DNA of 38,078 nucleotides from a virus. The stretch lies in UHGV virus genome UHGV-1366664. One strand, written 5' to 3'. Position numbers and translations under genes: made by a program. Under the pieces are notes generated by a model, which had not been told where the DNA came from, made no database searches, and saw only the letters and a program-made list of their open reading frames with translations. Numbering within the stretch: the stretch's first letter is position 1; every line of letters starts with the position of its first letter. Positions 1-10,125 of the stretch are shown piece after piece.

Positions 1-1721
1 CTTTTTTTGGTGTTATAGATTTCCAATGTTACTGTTTGCATTGTCCTGTCTACACTTTGAAGCAAGTCCTCTTCGAAAGAACTTTGGATATATTTATAAA
101 CTTTAAGAGGAGCGTAACCGAAGGCAATAAAAGCATCGTTTTCTTCGCATGTATATTCAAACGGAAAAGACTCAATCTTTATTTTACCAGACCCATAGCC
201 ATTACCACCTTTTATAAATTTACTGTTTTTATCCCATATAGCTAAAACACAGGTAAGTGTCTGTTGATCGGCTTTTTCAATAACAAATCTATCACCTTTT
301 TTGCAAGGAATTTTAGTTGTAGATTTATTACTTGTAGTATTTAGCACTCCGTCTTTTATGCCATAATACCCGTTCACATATTCAAACGTGCCTGTAATAT
401 CAACTTTTTTGTATTTTAATATACCAGACATTTCGACCTCATTTTGCAATGTAGTTATATTGTCACCAACAACTTTAGCATCCGCTGCTTTACCAGATTG
501 CGTAAGAGTGCTATCGACCTCAACCGAACTTCCACCGCCTTGGACTTCTCCGGCAACTACATTTCCATCTTCTCCGATTACAAGTGCCTTACCCTTATTT
601 TCGATTCCTTGCTGTTTATCCAGCTTGCTTGCCATTGCTGTCTGGAAATCTCCTGGTATGGACTGCAATACCTCATTTCCTTTGTCCTGTACAGCTTTGA
701 CCTGTTTTGTCCCCTCTGTGGTCACATTTCCGGTCTGCTTAGTCCCCTCTGTCTGTACGGATTGTACCGCTTCGGTTTTCGCTGTTTCCACGGCTTCTGT
801 GGCTGATGCCTTAACATTCTCCACGTTCTCAACCGCTTGCGTCCCTGCGCCCTCTACGGCTGTCTTATGAGATATTCCAGTTCGTGCGATTTCATACACC
901 GCTGTCTGTTTGGCTTGATTGACCGCTTGTACGCCTACTTGTGTAGATTCTGGTATCGCATTGCTTAGCTGCTCTACGCTCTGTTTTGCTTCTTCCACGG
1001 CTGCTCTATCGGCTCTTACCGCTTTCTGTACTTCGTCTACGTCTATTTTTGCTTGATTGACTGCTGTTCTATCCTCTGCCGTCTTCCCTGCCGCTGTTTC
1101 GGCCTGTGCTTTAGCTTTTTCTGCTGCTGTCGCTGATGTCCCGGCTTGCGTAGCGGATTCTTGTGCTTTGTTGCTTAACTCCTCAACCTTTTTGACCTGT
1201 TCGGAAATATCGGTGACCGTCTCTACCATCTTAGCCACTTCTACTCTGTCCTGCGCTGTCTGTTCAGCATCCAGTCCTGCTTTTTGAGCGGCTTCTTGCG
1301 CGGTCTGCCTTGCCTTTTCTGCCCTGTCTGCGGCTGTGTTAACTGCTTCGATAGCTTGGCCAAACAATTCTTTATCTTCCGGCCTATCGTAGGCTTCCGG
1401 CTTTGCCCGCTTGGTGACGAGCATGTCAATCTGATACTCCGTGTTGCCAGATTCCGCATCTCTAAGATATATATAGGCTACAAGGTTTTTCCCGGTCTCG
1501 ATTAGTGAGTCTGGTATAACAACATCCGTCACGCCGTCCTTTGTTGTTCCAATTCTCGCAATGGATTCACTCGCTCCTGCAACCGCAAAATCCACCTCCA
1601 CTGCAGTTGGTAAATCAAGTCCTTGAATTCTCAATATCTGTCCGTAATCATATTGCCAAACGTCACTCACTTTGGTGTGGGTGGAATCTTTAAAAATTGC
1701 TGTTACTATTTTATTTTCCAA
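1..1721 (-). CDS. Tail fibre / receptor-binding protein, N-terminal ~573 codons (start in window, 3' end runs off left edge); BppU-like N-terminal domain then Ala/Glu/Gln/Lys-rich coiled-coil stalk
   Basis: Absent from the ORF track because it has no stop codon in the window. Hand translation of the reverse complement is open from TTG at 1721 (RBS AAAGGAGG at 1728-1735, 6-nt spacer) down to nt 1: LENKIVTAIFKDSTHTKVSDVWQYDYGQILRIQGLD...AEKARQTAQEAAQKAGLDAEQ...ILKYKKVDITGTFEYVNGYYGIKDGVL...TLEIYNTKK. It sits immediately downstream of Tal on the same strand. Confidence 0.6.
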   Translation of the reverse strand, partial: MENKIVTAIFKDSTHTKVSDVWQYDYGQILRIQGLDLPTAVEVDFAVAGASESIARIGTTKDGVTDVVIPDSLIETGKNLVAYIYLRDAESGNTEYQIDMLVTKRAKPEAYDRPEDKELFGQAIEAVNTAADRAEKARQTAQEAAQKAGLDAEQTAQDRVEVAKMVETVTDISEQVKKVEELSNKAQESATQAGTSATAAEKAKAQAETAAGKTAEDRTAVNQAKIDVDEVQKAVRADRAAVEEAKQSVEQLSNAIPESTQVGVQAVNQAKQTAVYEIARTGISHKTAVEGAGTQAVENVENVKASATEAVETAKTEAVQSVQTEGTKQTGNVTTEGTKQVKAVQDKGNEVLQSIPGDFQTAMASKLDKQQGIENKGKALVIGEDGNVVAGEVQGGGSSVEVDSTLTQSGKAADAKVVGDNITTLQNEVEMSGILKYKKVDITGTFEYVNGYYGIKDGVLNTTSNKSTTKIPCKKGDRFVIEKADQQTLTCVLAIWDKNSKFIKGGNGYGSGKIKIESFPFEYTCEENDAFIAFGYAPLKVYKYIQSSFEEDLLQSVDRTMQTVTLEIYNTKK

Positions 1722-1747
1722 TGTATGCCTCCTTTGCTCAATTCAGC

Positions 1748-4681
1748 TTAGTTTTCCGTTATCCAAGTTGTTGTTAGCACCCTTTCTAGGTACGACTCAT
1801 TCTCCACATCTATAGCTATTGCGCCGTTTTCTTTTATTATGTACCTGCCTGTTCCGAATATTTGTCCGTTGGAAACCTCGCTGATTGGTGCCAACACTTC
1901 TATTGCCGGTCTGTATCCGTCAGGGATTCTTACCTCTTGTATTTCTTCAATTCTTCCTTTCCACGGGAACTGTGCTTTCATAATAATCGTGCACGTTACA
2001 ACAAAAGCAGTTCTTATAAGCTTTATTCTGATGGAATTTGATGGATTTATTTCCGGGAATGGTCCCTGCTTTGTGCCAGAATCATATTTGCTGTACGAAG
2101 ACAAACCAATTAATGGGTTGTTTCCGTTTTGTGCATATATATCTCCGTCTGATAACACAAGCTTCGAACGTCCTCCGGTATTTTGGTTTATATATGCTAG
2201 ACCTTGCATGGAAAAAGTCATATTTGCAGGATTGCCTCCCGAGTCCTTACCGGAAAATGCAAGGGAAGCGGAATTAAGTTCCATCGTGCTGTCGACAACT
2301 CCATTATCAATCAATTTGCTTACGATTTTCCCTGCGTCAATATCTATGAGCATGATCCCGTTTTTGCTTTTTATCTTACCTGCTGTTAATTCACCGGCAT
2401 TCACTGCGATCGCACTCAATGTTTGCACGTCCAAATTCTCGACCGATACGTAATGCAGCACCCAACGACTTCCATCCCATCTTTTAATTGGTTCTCCACT
2501 TGCTGTCTGCCAGAGCTGTCCTACTTTTGGATTTTCCGGGGGTGTGGGAGACACGATGATGCCGGATGTTCCGTCCTCTCCATTCTGGCCGTGCACTCCG
2601 ATGATGACAGGCGTTGTCTTGGTAGAGGTTCCATTTGTGTAAACGATTATCTCGTAGCTCCATAAGTATTTTTTTGCTTCCGTCATGATCTGCATTGTCG
2701 TAGTCCATCCCGGCGTATTTACCGTAATCCCAGAGTTTTTTTCGCTTGCCAGATAATACTTTGTGACATTCTTAATCCCTACACCGTCTGCGCCGTCATG
2801 TCCGTCTTCACCTTTAATCTTAGTCCAAGCATACTTTCTGTAGTCTGTGCTGTCCGCCTGTGTAAAATCGGTATACTGTCCGATGTACTGCTTATTTGTG
2901 CTATCTGATACCGAAAAATCTTTTGAACCATCTGCACTGTTGGAATAAGCAACGTGGAAATAAGGTGTTCGGCCGTCTGTTCCCGGCTTCCCGGGCACTC
3001 CGTCCGCTCCATCCGCTCCCTTAATCTTACTCCATGCGTACTTCGATGGATCTGTGCTATCCAATAGTTCAAAATCCACATACATTCCGATATATTCCCG
3101 GTTGCTGTCGGACACGGAAAAGTCCTTCGTTCCATCCGCACTGTTTGCGTAAGCGATATGGGTGTACTGCGTTCTTCCGTCTGTCCCTGGCTTTCCGGGA
3201 ATCCCTTGTTCTCCAGGTGGCCCTTGTGGTCCCACGGGTCCCGGTTCTCCATCATCGACTTTAGTAATCGTAACCTCGTAATACCCGCGTTTTATCCCAT
3301 TTTCCAAAGCCTCAAACGAGTACACCGCCTTTGTATCCACGTCCGTAGCATTTACCGTAACGCTCTTGCCGACATAAAACTCTGTACCGTCTTTGCTCCA
3401 TCGGATTTCCAGTTTGCCTGTCACATCCACGCCGTTATCGTAAGCGTAAGCGGTCAGAGTAGTGCTACCGATACCATTTTTAAAAATAATGCCGTTGTTG
3501 GTTGAGATAGAGCAAGTATAAACCTTATTTTTGTTAATCAAGTCTTCCATCCGTTGTAGCAAATCGTCCGAAATCTCGGATGTCAACTCCTTATAATTAC
3601 TAAACACTGTCTTGGCAGTCTTTGGATTTGTAAGACTGCGCACCTGTTCGGACACTCTCGCCTGTAGATAAAGCACTGGTGTCCACTCCTGATCCTGCAT
3701 CCTCACGGTGTCCCCGATGTTGGTGTCAAAATATCCATCCACCTCGTAGGTCACTACCGGCTCGGATGCTGTTTTAAGATCAGACAGAGCCATGCTATAG
3801 AGCTTGTCCTTGCTGTCTGTATCGTACTCTTTTCGCATCAGGATATAAGCATCAGCCTTATTTACGATATTGGACGGAAACCGGTCTCTTGCCTGTGGTG
3901 CCCGGATGATTGCGCCGTCTGTAAAGTACTCAATATTCCCATTCTCATCATACTCTTTTTTATCCAGTCCGTTGATCGTCAGCCCGTCTTTCCCAGTCGG
4001 CTGGATACAGGTGTAAAGCTTCTCGGCATCTGTGGTTTTACGGATTCCGGTAATTCCTTTCCCGTACCGCAGTACAATGTCATTCCGGTATTCTCCGACT
4101 CCGCTGTCTGTATCGGAGTGTTTCCGATATACATTTAGGACAATCTCTTTTAAAGAGTAGTCTCTGTTCAATACTGTCTCAAATTCGATCTCCGCAGAAA
4201 AGACATTAGCCAGGGAGAATAATCTCTTTAATACGGACGTTGTACCTGTCCATTCGTTGGTGATTCGCTTGTCTGATACCTCATTGAGCCCCAGTTTTAG
4301 TGTTCTCTCAGCATCAAAAATAGCGAGGTACTCTTCAAAGCTCATTGCTTTTCCGGCTTTGTATTCGCCGGCATCCTCGTTTATAAGCTCAAATGACAGA
4401 GACCATGCCGTAGCGGTAATTATCTTCTCCGTCTGATCGGTATTTACAATATTTAAGTAGTAAGATTTACCCTTGTGTGTAAAGGCTACCTTGTTTCCGA
4501 CTGTAACATGTTCTGCGTCTGGATGTTTTGCGTTTACCGTAAAAGTATAGGTATTCGCTGCTCCCTGTAAGTATTCGCGTAGCTCATCATTCCAGTAGTG
4601 CATGGACTTTTTATGCCCGTTGTCCATAAACGCTACTGGCGTGTTATTTGCGCTTAAAATCGCAATTCTGATGTTATCCAT
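1748..4681 (-). CDS. Tail-associated protein Tal / distal tail tip protein (prophage endopeptidase-tail-like N-terminus) with collagen-like segment and tandem repeats
   Basis: 977 aa, directly after Dit and the tape measure. N-terminal ~380 aa have the Tal/gp21-like profile. A central G-X-Y run (GEPGPVGPQGPPGEQGIPGKPGTDG) and two ~68-aa tandem repeats (GxPGKPGTDGRTxYxHxAYxNSADGxKDFSVSDS...KYAWxKIKG) match those seen in Firmicutes siphophage tail-tip proteins. Confidence 0.7.
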   Translation of the reverse strand: MDNIRIAILSANNTPVAFMDNGHKKSMHYWNDELREYLQGAANTYTFTVNAKHPDAEHVTVGNKVAFTHKGKSYYLNIVNTDQTEKIITATAWSLSFELINEDAGEYKAGKAMSFEEYLAIFDAERTLKLGLNEVSDKRITNEWTGTTSVLKRLFSLANVFSAEIEFETVLNRDYSLKEIVLNVYRKHSDTDSGVGEYRNDIVLRYGKGITGIRKTTDAEKLYTCIQPTGKDGLTINGLDKKEYDENGNIEYFTDGAIIRAPQARDRFPSNIVNKADAYILMRKEYDTDSKDKLYSMALSDLKTASEPVVTYEVDGYFDTNIGDTVRMQDQEWTPVLYLQARVSEQVRSLTNPKTAKTVFSNYKELTSEISDDLLQRMEDLINKNKVYTCSISTNNGIIFKNGIGSTTLTAYAYDNGVDVTGKLEIRWSKDGTEFYVGKSVTVNATDVDTKAVYSFEALENGIKRGYYEVTITKVDDGEPGPVGPQGPPGEQGIPGKPGTDGRTQYTHIAYANSADGTKDFSVSDSNREYIGMYVDFELLDSTDPSKYAWSKIKGADGADGVPGKPGTDGRTPYFHVAYSNSADGSKDFSVSDSTNKQYIGQYTDFTQADSTDYRKYAWTKIKGEDGHDGADGVGIKNVTKYYLASEKNSGITVNTPGWTTTMQIMTEAKKYLWSYEIIVYTNGTSTKTTPVIIGVHGQNGEDGTSGIIVSPTPPENPKVGQLWQTASGEPIKRWDGSRWVLHYVSVENLDVQTLSAIAVNAGELTAGKIKSKNGIMLIDIDAGKIVSKLIDNGVVDSTMELNSASLAFSGKDSGGNPANMTFSMQGLAYINQNTGGRSKLVLSDGDIYAQNGNNPLIGLSSYSKYDSGTKQGPFPEINPSNSIRIKLIRTAFVVTCTIIMKAQFPWKGRIEEIQEVRIPDGYRPAIEVLAPISEVSNGQIFGTGRYIIKENGAIAIDVENESYLERVLTTTWITEN
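2790..3205 (-). repeat. Two tandem ~204-bp coding repeats plus adjacent collagen-like GXY run inside Tal (coordinates approximate)
   Basis: Protein residues ~494-560 and ~562-628 are near-identical repeat units. They are preceded by the GEPGPVGPQGPPGEQG collagen triplets (residues 478-493). Confidence 0.5.
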
Positions 4682-6150
4682 TACAAATATACCTCCCGTA
4701 TTTTCGCTTTAATCTGCGGCGGTGGAGAAGAAAAGGAAGAGTAGCAGAACTGGACTTCCGTTGTTCCCGGTGGAACTTTTGGATAATTGGATCCATTAAT
4801 CTCATCTCCTTTTGCCGGCATCCCGTTTACATAGACCTTTGTACTCTCTCCGTCTATAGACACCACATCTCCGGCACGATACCGGTTCGGCACATCCTTA
4901 TACTTATCGACATTGTCTTTCCGGAATCGGATGCTTTTTAAATAGTTGTGTGTAACGTACTGGTTTGTGAGGTTTCTGTCTCCCCACTGCCCGATCCAGA
5001 TCTGGATTTTTTCGCATTCCATATCCTTTATTTCCGGTATGTTTCTCTCCATATAGCTTCCATACCAGAAAATCCGCAGCTTTTCTCCCTCTTTTAAAAA
5101 GTCATTATGGCATCCCATTTTTAGGTTAAACGGATTGCCCTCGTAGGCTGTCGGCTGGAATTCCTCTCGTCTGATTAAGGTGTTCCCTGGGGCAAACCAC
5201 TCGATACGCGCCGTGTTTCCGACAGAATCACTCTTGTTGATAGACATTGCGCAGATTACTTTATTATCTCCCGTCAGAAATGCAATGGTCTGTGCTCCTG
5301 TCTGCCCCATCAAGCCTGTCTCGAACCAGTGCTGCGTGTAGCAGTAAAAGTTTTTTGCGCCACGTCTGCCCTCGCTGTCCACTGGGATAGTAAGTGTTCT
5401 CATTCCGCCGTTCCAGTATCCGGATGTTGCTTGTCCACCTTTTAATGCCATGACGTTATATCCGGCAACATTCCTTACTTCAAGCGTCCCCTGTGTGGTA
5501 TTCTCTGGATTTTGGTAAGACGTTCCATGATCGTCTTGAAACAGGCTGTATCCATCAAACAGGTTTTCAGACGCTTTGTAATTCTCTCCGTCTGCTTCTT
5601 CCTGTTTTCCGAGCTGAATCACTCCATACTGGCTCACAAGTCCGATAAATCCGTTTTCGTGTTGGTGTGTGATCTCATAGTCCACGTCTGCCCATTCGGT
5701 ACCGTTGTTTTGGATGGTAATTGTCTGGTAGCCGCTCTGTTGGACTTCATAAAAGTCGAATTCTGCGGTGGAGTATGCTACCCCGTCAGGGATTAGCCAT
5801 GTGATTGTGCCTTTTCCAAACATTGCGACCTGTGTTATGTCAAAATTGCCGTCAGGGACAGCATAAAAATAGCGATCTGGATAATTCCCAAACACAAGCC
5901 TTTTCGGCTCTGCGACATTTAGGATTTTCTGAATCGCATCATAGCTTGCTAAGATATCGCCTTTAATTTCAAAGGGCATTTCTATCGTTCTGGACTTATA
6001 AGTTGTATACCCGTAATCTTCCCCTTTGCACGATTCTGCGCCGTCCAAAAGTTCTGTTTCACGGTCTACCCCGCTAAATGGAGAGAACCCAGAAAGCACG
6101 TTTAAATACTTTCCGAGTTCTTGGTCGTTAAACTTAACTGATAGGCTCAA
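4681..6150 (-). CDS. Distal tail protein (Dit-like, siphovirus tail component) with extended C-terminal region
   Basis: 489 aa, between the tape measure and Tal in the conserved TMP-Dit-Tal order. It overlaps neighbours by 1-4 nt, which is typical of tail operons. Confidence 0.55.
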   Translation of the reverse strand: MSLSVKFNDQELGKYLNVLSGFSPFSGVDRETELLDGAESCKGEDYGYTTYKSRTIEMPFEIKGDILASYDAIQKILNVAEPKRLVFGNYPDRYFYAVPDGNFDITQVAMFGKGTITWLIPDGVAYSTAEFDFYEVQQSGYQTITIQNNGTEWADVDYEITHQHENGFIGLVSQYGVIQLGKQEEADGENYKASENLFDGYSLFQDDHGTSYQNPENTTQGTLEVRNVAGYNVMALKGGQATSGYWNGGMRTLTIPVDSEGRRGAKNFYCYTQHWFETGLMGQTGAQTIAFLTGDNKVICAMSINKSDSVGNTARIEWFAPGNTLIRREEFQPTAYEGNPFNLKMGCHNDFLKEGEKLRIFWYGSYMERNIPEIKDMECEKIQIWIGQWGDRNLTNQYVTHNYLKSIRFRKDNVDKYKDVPNRYRAGDVVSIDGESTKVYVNGMPAKGDEINGSNYPKVPPGTTEVQFCYSSFSSPPPQIKAKIREVYL

Positions 6151-8030
6151 TTTCTGTCCCCTCCTAACATCTTTTTAAAATCTTGATTCTTTTTAATCTG
6201 GTTTTGCATCGGAGTGGCAAGTACTCTGGATGTCTCAACAGAATCAATTTTATTGATAATTTCAAGCGGCCGGTTTGCGAGTCTGGATAATCGATCCACC
6301 GCGTAGATCAGATCGCTATTATCTGTCGTTCTGACCGCTGATCTGGAAGCGACATATCCACTTGCTGTCGGGCTTGCAGACGTTGTAACACCAAGAGCAG
6401 CTCCCTGTATCCGGGACACCATCTTGTTTGCCTGTTTTTCCATGTCTTTGTATGGGATATTATCCTCGAATCCAACCCCTATACCGAGAGCCATGTTTTT
6501 CCCGACCTGATCCCTAAATACACGGGATGGGGAATGGATCCCAAGTTTGCTTTTAACCCAATTCAAGGCATCTGTAGCAGCGCTCACAGCGGCATCTACT
6601 AGCTGTCCGGCTGCAGAAGCGACACCGGATGCAATTCCCTTTATGATGTTAACTCCAACGCTGATCCAATCTACACTCAAAAAAGCGTCTTTTATCGCAG
6701 AGATGATCTGCGGTATTTTCCCAACCAAGTTTGGTATTGCTCTAATCAAACCAGAAGCTAACTCTCCGATAATTTTAATACCAGTGGATAAAATCTGCGG
6801 AAGATTACTTGCGACGCTGGCTACAAACCGCGCTATCGCCTGAGCTGCAGCGGATACGATAGCCGGCAAATTGTTTATAATTCCATCCACAAGGCGTAAA
6901 ACCATCTGGACGCCGGATTGTAACACGGATGGAAGCGCTGATAAGAGTCCACTTACATAATTTGTAATAGCTGCGGAACCTTGGGTAACCAACTGCGGCA
7001 AATTCTGCATGATTCCAAGAGCTAACTGCGTTACAATCTCAAACCCTTTTACAATCAATTCTGGAAGTCCTGTTGCAATTCCAAGCCAGAACTGATTCAG
7101 CAGCTCCATTCCAGTAGAAATAAGCAGTGGAGCGTTTTCCATTATCCCGGTAAACAGTCCATTCACAATATTCCCGGCGGCCTGTATCATACCGGAAACG
7201 CCATTTTCCTCAAATCCTTGCGTAAGCTGCTCAATCGCACTGATCGCCGCTGGTAATAACGATTCCGTCAGTCCATCAGATATAGGCTTAACAACTTCGC
7301 CTAAGAGCTGTTGTGCGTTGTCCTTTAATGTGGAGATCAGTCCGCTAAACGTCTGACTCTGCTTTTCCATGCTCTGGAAATACTTGCCACCCTCAGATGT
7401 TGCTCTCTGCATGGAAGCGGTAATCTCATCCACAGAGATTGTCCCTTTACTGATCCTGTCATACAAGGATGCCATCGACTCCCCTGTACTCTCGGAAATC
7501 TCCTGTAATGGGTTAAATCCGGCTTCGATCATCTGTTTGACATCTTCCAGAGACACTTTTCCGGCGGATGACATCTGTCCGTAAGCAGTGGCAATTCTGG
7601 ACATCTTTTCCGCTGAGCCTTGCGAAATATCACCAAGCATCATCATTTTGTCCATAGCTTCGTCTGCGCTAAAGCCATAGTTCATCAATAACTGTGTGGT
7701 ATCTGCTAAATCCGGAAGCTCAAACGGCGTTTCTGCTCCTACTTTCTTTAATTTGTCGATTACTTCCGCAGCTTTTTCCGCGGATCCAGTCATAACCTCA
7801 AATGATGTCTGGTAAGACTCTATGGATGCATTGTATTTTACTCCGGCTACAACACCAGCTCCAAGCGCAGCCGTCACAGCGCCAACCGCAGCAACTGCCA
7901 CTCCTGCACCTTTCTTGGCTATTCCACCAAGTTTAGAAATTCCGGAATTAAATCCAGATTCATTTATTTCCGTATCAAATTTTAATGAGCCGTCATAACC
8001 CATACTATCCCTCCTATTCTTGGATAGCAC
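6147..8030 (-). CDS. Tail tape measure protein
   Basis: 627 aa, rich in Ala/Gly/Ile hydrophobic segments (AVAAVGAVTAALGAGVVAGV...) as in TMPs, downstream of the tail chaperone pair. The more likely start is MGYDGS at 8003, preceded by GGAGGGA. Confidence 0.8.
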   Translation of the reverse strand: MLSKNRRDSMGYDGSLKFDTEINESGFNSGISKLGGIAKKGAGVAVAAVGAVTAALGAGVVAGVKYNASIESYQTSFEVMTGSAEKAAEVIDKLKKVGAETPFELPDLADTTQLLMNYGFSADEAMDKMMMLGDISQGSAEKMSRIATAYGQMSSAGKVSLEDVKQMIEAGFNPLQEISESTGESMASLYDRISKGTISVDEITASMQRATSEGGKYFQSMEKQSQTFSGLISTLKDNAQQLLGEVVKPISDGLTESLLPAAISAIEQLTQGFEENGVSGMIQAAGNIVNGLFTGIMENAPLLISTGMELLNQFWLGIATGLPELIVKGFEIVTQLALGIMQNLPQLVTQGSAAITNYVSGLLSALPSVLQSGVQMVLRLVDGIINNLPAIVSAAAQAIARFVASVASNLPQILSTGIKIIGELASGLIRAIPNLVGKIPQIISAIKDAFLSVDWISVGVNIIKGIASGVASAAGQLVDAAVSAATDALNWVKSKLGIHSPSRVFRDQVGKNMALGIGVGFEDNIPYKDMEKQANKMVSRIQGAALGVTTSASPTASGYVASRSAVRTTDNSDLIYAVDRLSRLANRPLEIINKIDSVETSRVLATPMQNQIKKNQDFKKMLGGDRN

Positions 8031-8055
8031 AGGCTCATAGGCTCACTTAAGTGCT

Positions 8056-8202
8056 TTATTTCTTAATTTCTATTTCTTTCTTACAAGTCCGACATTTTAC
8101 GTAGATACCGTGGCTTTTGGCTGTATTGTCTGCAATAGCAAGTTTGCAGCCGCACACAGGGCATCTAATCCAATCTCGGACTAATATTGGTTCTTTTTTC
8201 AT
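8056..8202 (-). CDS. 48-aa zinc-ribbon protein (CPVCGC...CRTC)
   Basis: Hand-translated, below the ORF-track length cutoff: MKKEPILVRDWIRCPVCGCKLAIADNTAKSHGIYVKCRTCKKEIEIKK. ATG at 8202 lies 8 nt after the stop of the upstream gene, with an AGGTGG-like RBS. Two CxxC pairs are present. Confidence 0.45.
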   Translation of the reverse strand: MKKEPILVRDWIRCPVCGCKLAIADNTAKSHGIYVKCRTCKKEIEIKK

Positions 8203-8209
8203 GATCCAC

Positions 8210-8764
8210 CTACATAAAAGCGTCACCGATTTCAAAATCAGTCAATTCTTCCTGTTTTAACTCGATCAGTTTTTTGATTTTCTGGATTCTCTTTTTCTCT
8301 TCCGGATCTTTAACTTCGCTCAGATCAATTCCTCTGTACATAATTCTTTTCTTGATCTCATTGTCCTCTGATAATCCATCAAAAAGCATCCGGAATTTCC
8401 ACCAATGCAGATATTTAATATCAATCAAGTCAATACCGTAATCGCGCAAAAATGCTGATAATATATAGGGATAATCGACGGAAAAGGAAAAAAGATTCTT
8501 CTGCCTCACTGTTCCGGTTTGACTGGCTTCTCCGTCTGAAAAATCAGCACTCATAAAGTCGCATAATGCGTCAATTGCAGGCTGCGATATTTCGACATCG
8601 TCGAGAAAATACTCACTCAAAATCAACAGCTTATCCACAGACTTAACATCTTTATCTTTTAGCATATCCAAAAGAGAAATATAGTCCCGAAAATCGGTTC
8701 TGATTCTTACAAGCCTTCCGCTTACCATTACCGATGTCGGGAGGGATTCATAGAAGAGGTTCAT
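8210..8764 (-). CDS. Tail assembly chaperone, second gene of pair (Gp15-like / gpT-equivalent)
   Basis: 184 aa directly upstream of the tape measure. Its ATG overlaps the TGA of the preceding chaperone gene (ATGA at 8761-8764). Confidence 0.5.
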   Translation of the reverse strand: MNLFYESLPTSVMVSGRLVRIRTDFRDYISLLDMLKDKDVKSVDKLLILSEYFLDDVEISQPAIDALCDFMSADFSDGEASQTGTVRQKNLFSFSVDYPYILSAFLRDYGIDLIDIKYLHWWKFRMLFDGLSEDNEIKKRIMYRGIDLSEVKDPEEKKRIQKIKKLIELKQEELTDFEIGDAFM

Positions 8765-9123
8765 CGGTTCTTCTTCGCCCCTCTCCTTGCCTTCCTGTTT
8801 GGTGTATATTTGTTTACCATACTGTTATATCTGGACTGCTCGCTGTTCCGTAAATCAAACAGTGAATTGGCGGCTTTAACTCTCATGTCCATGCTGTTCT
8901 TGCCGAGAAACATTTTCCCACTCGTTCCGTTTCCGAATAATCGATCATAAAAATCATTGAAAACCTTACATTGCGCTCTCGTGATCTCGGATACTTTTCC
9001 GACTTTCGGTACTTTTTCAGATTCCTCAACCATTTTTTCGTAGCATCCCTCGAATTTCTCCATAAAATCTGCGTCTGTAAAATCGATGTCTGTTTCAAAA
9101 TTATTAAATTTCCACTGGCTCAT
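8761..9123 (-). CDS. Tail assembly chaperone (gpG-like)
   Basis: 120 aa acidic protein with a basic tail, between the major tail protein and the second chaperone, which is the conserved position. Confidence 0.5.
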   Translation of the reverse strand: MSQWKFNNFETDIDFTDADFMEKFEGCYEKMVEESEKVPKVGKVSEITRAQCKVFNDFYDRLFGNGTSGKMFLGKNSMDMRVKAANSLFDLRNSEQSRYNSMVNKYTPNRKARRGAKKNR

Positions 9124-9178
9124 TGGCTCACTCTCCTATTCTTTCTCGTATTTTTTACCGCCTTAAAATCGGCGGCAG

Positions 9179-9703
9179 CTACTCCCCCATGTAATCTCCC
9201 TTGGCGTAAGTAACTGTCTTGGATGTAATATCAGTCTCTGTAACATATCCTTCCTCGATTTCGGATACAGCTTTCAGTGATCCGCTATAAACCAATGCGT
9301 CCGTTCCATCTCCGTCCGAATCCGGGATAACTGCGCAAGTTCTCTTTGTTGCGTAACACTTGTCACCTTTCGTGTTCTTTTTGTAAAAATCCACCGTGAC
9401 CACTTCCACATGAGCATCATCTGCAACTTTCTCACCGTCATGGATTTTTGCAATTCGCTCATGTACAGGATTCCCTGCATACATATCAAAAGAGTACTCT
9501 GTAGCTGGAGCATATCCAACTACATCTGATCTCTCGGTGCTTTCATCCACGTACTGTCTGGAATACTCTTTCGGGTTTTTCCCGTTTGTCATCGCGGTAA
9601 AATTGGTCATTCTTTCAAATTTCGGAGAGCTGCCCGTTGCATCCGTGTTCATGAATGCCACACGCAAATGTCTGCCGACTAATTTTGGTGCTGTTACTGC
9701 CAT
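9179..9703 (-). CDS. Major tail protein
   Basis: Sits between the head-tail joining genes and the chaperones. Internal start MAVTAPKLVG at 9703 is preceded by GGAGGT, whereas the ORF-track start at 9736 would overlap the upstream gene. Confidence 0.65.
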   Translation of the reverse strand: MAVTAPKLVGRHLRVAFMNTDATGSSPKFERMTNFTAMTNGKNPKEYSRQYVDESTERSDVVGYAPATEYSFDMYAGNPVHERIAKIHDGEKVADDAHVEVVTVDFYKKNTKGDKCYATKRTCAVIPDSDGDGTDALVYSGSLKAVSEIEEGYVTETDITSKTVTYAKGDYMGE

Positions 9704-9705
9704 AC

Positions 9706-10125
9706 TTATACCTCCTGCGTATAAATTAAGCGGCACTCAATACGATACTTAGCTTTTTCCTCGTTGATATCGTACAAGTAACCACTGTTTAAAGTTTCAA
9801 TTGATATTGGGCTTTTCTTTTCTCCGAGTTTCGGGAGGTTGTCGTTAAAACTCTGCTGTTCCAACCACTCTTCGAAGCTCTGGAAGAATCCACTGTTTTC
9901 GATATTGATTCTTGCGTCCTGATCGTATTCCTCTTGGCTCGTAAACGCAAACTGGAACTGCTTCTTCGCCCCTCCATCCATATATCTCTGAATAATCGGA
10001 TCGCAAGGGAGAGGGTCAACAGAGTACCCCATATCCGTTCCAATATAGTCCACGTTCACACGACCATCACTCAGAAATGGGCATGTGAGAATATATGATC
10101 TTACGCTGTCAATGAGATTTGACAT
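9706..10125 (-). CDS. Head-tail joining / tail terminator-like protein
   Basis: 139 aa, last of four small genes between the capsid and major tail genes (gp17-like position). Confidence 0.45.
   Translation of the reverse strand: MSNLIDSVRSYILTCPFLSDGRVNVDYIGTDMGYSVDPLPCDPIIQRYMDGGAKKQFQFAFTSQEEYDQDARINIENSGFFQSFEEWLEQQSFNDNLPKLGEKKSPISIETLNSGYLYDINEEKAKYRIECRLIYTQEV

Noticed and set aside
36-1505. Plus-strand ORF-track entries at the left edge (36..245, 388..870, 444..806, 1057..1287, 1284..1505)
   Set aside because: They are antisense to a continuous, well-behaved minus-strand tail-fibre reading frame (RBS plus TTG at 1721, open to nt 1). The plus-strand proteins are low-complexity Ser/Thr/Ala/Cys translations typical of the opposite strand of a coiled-coil gene.
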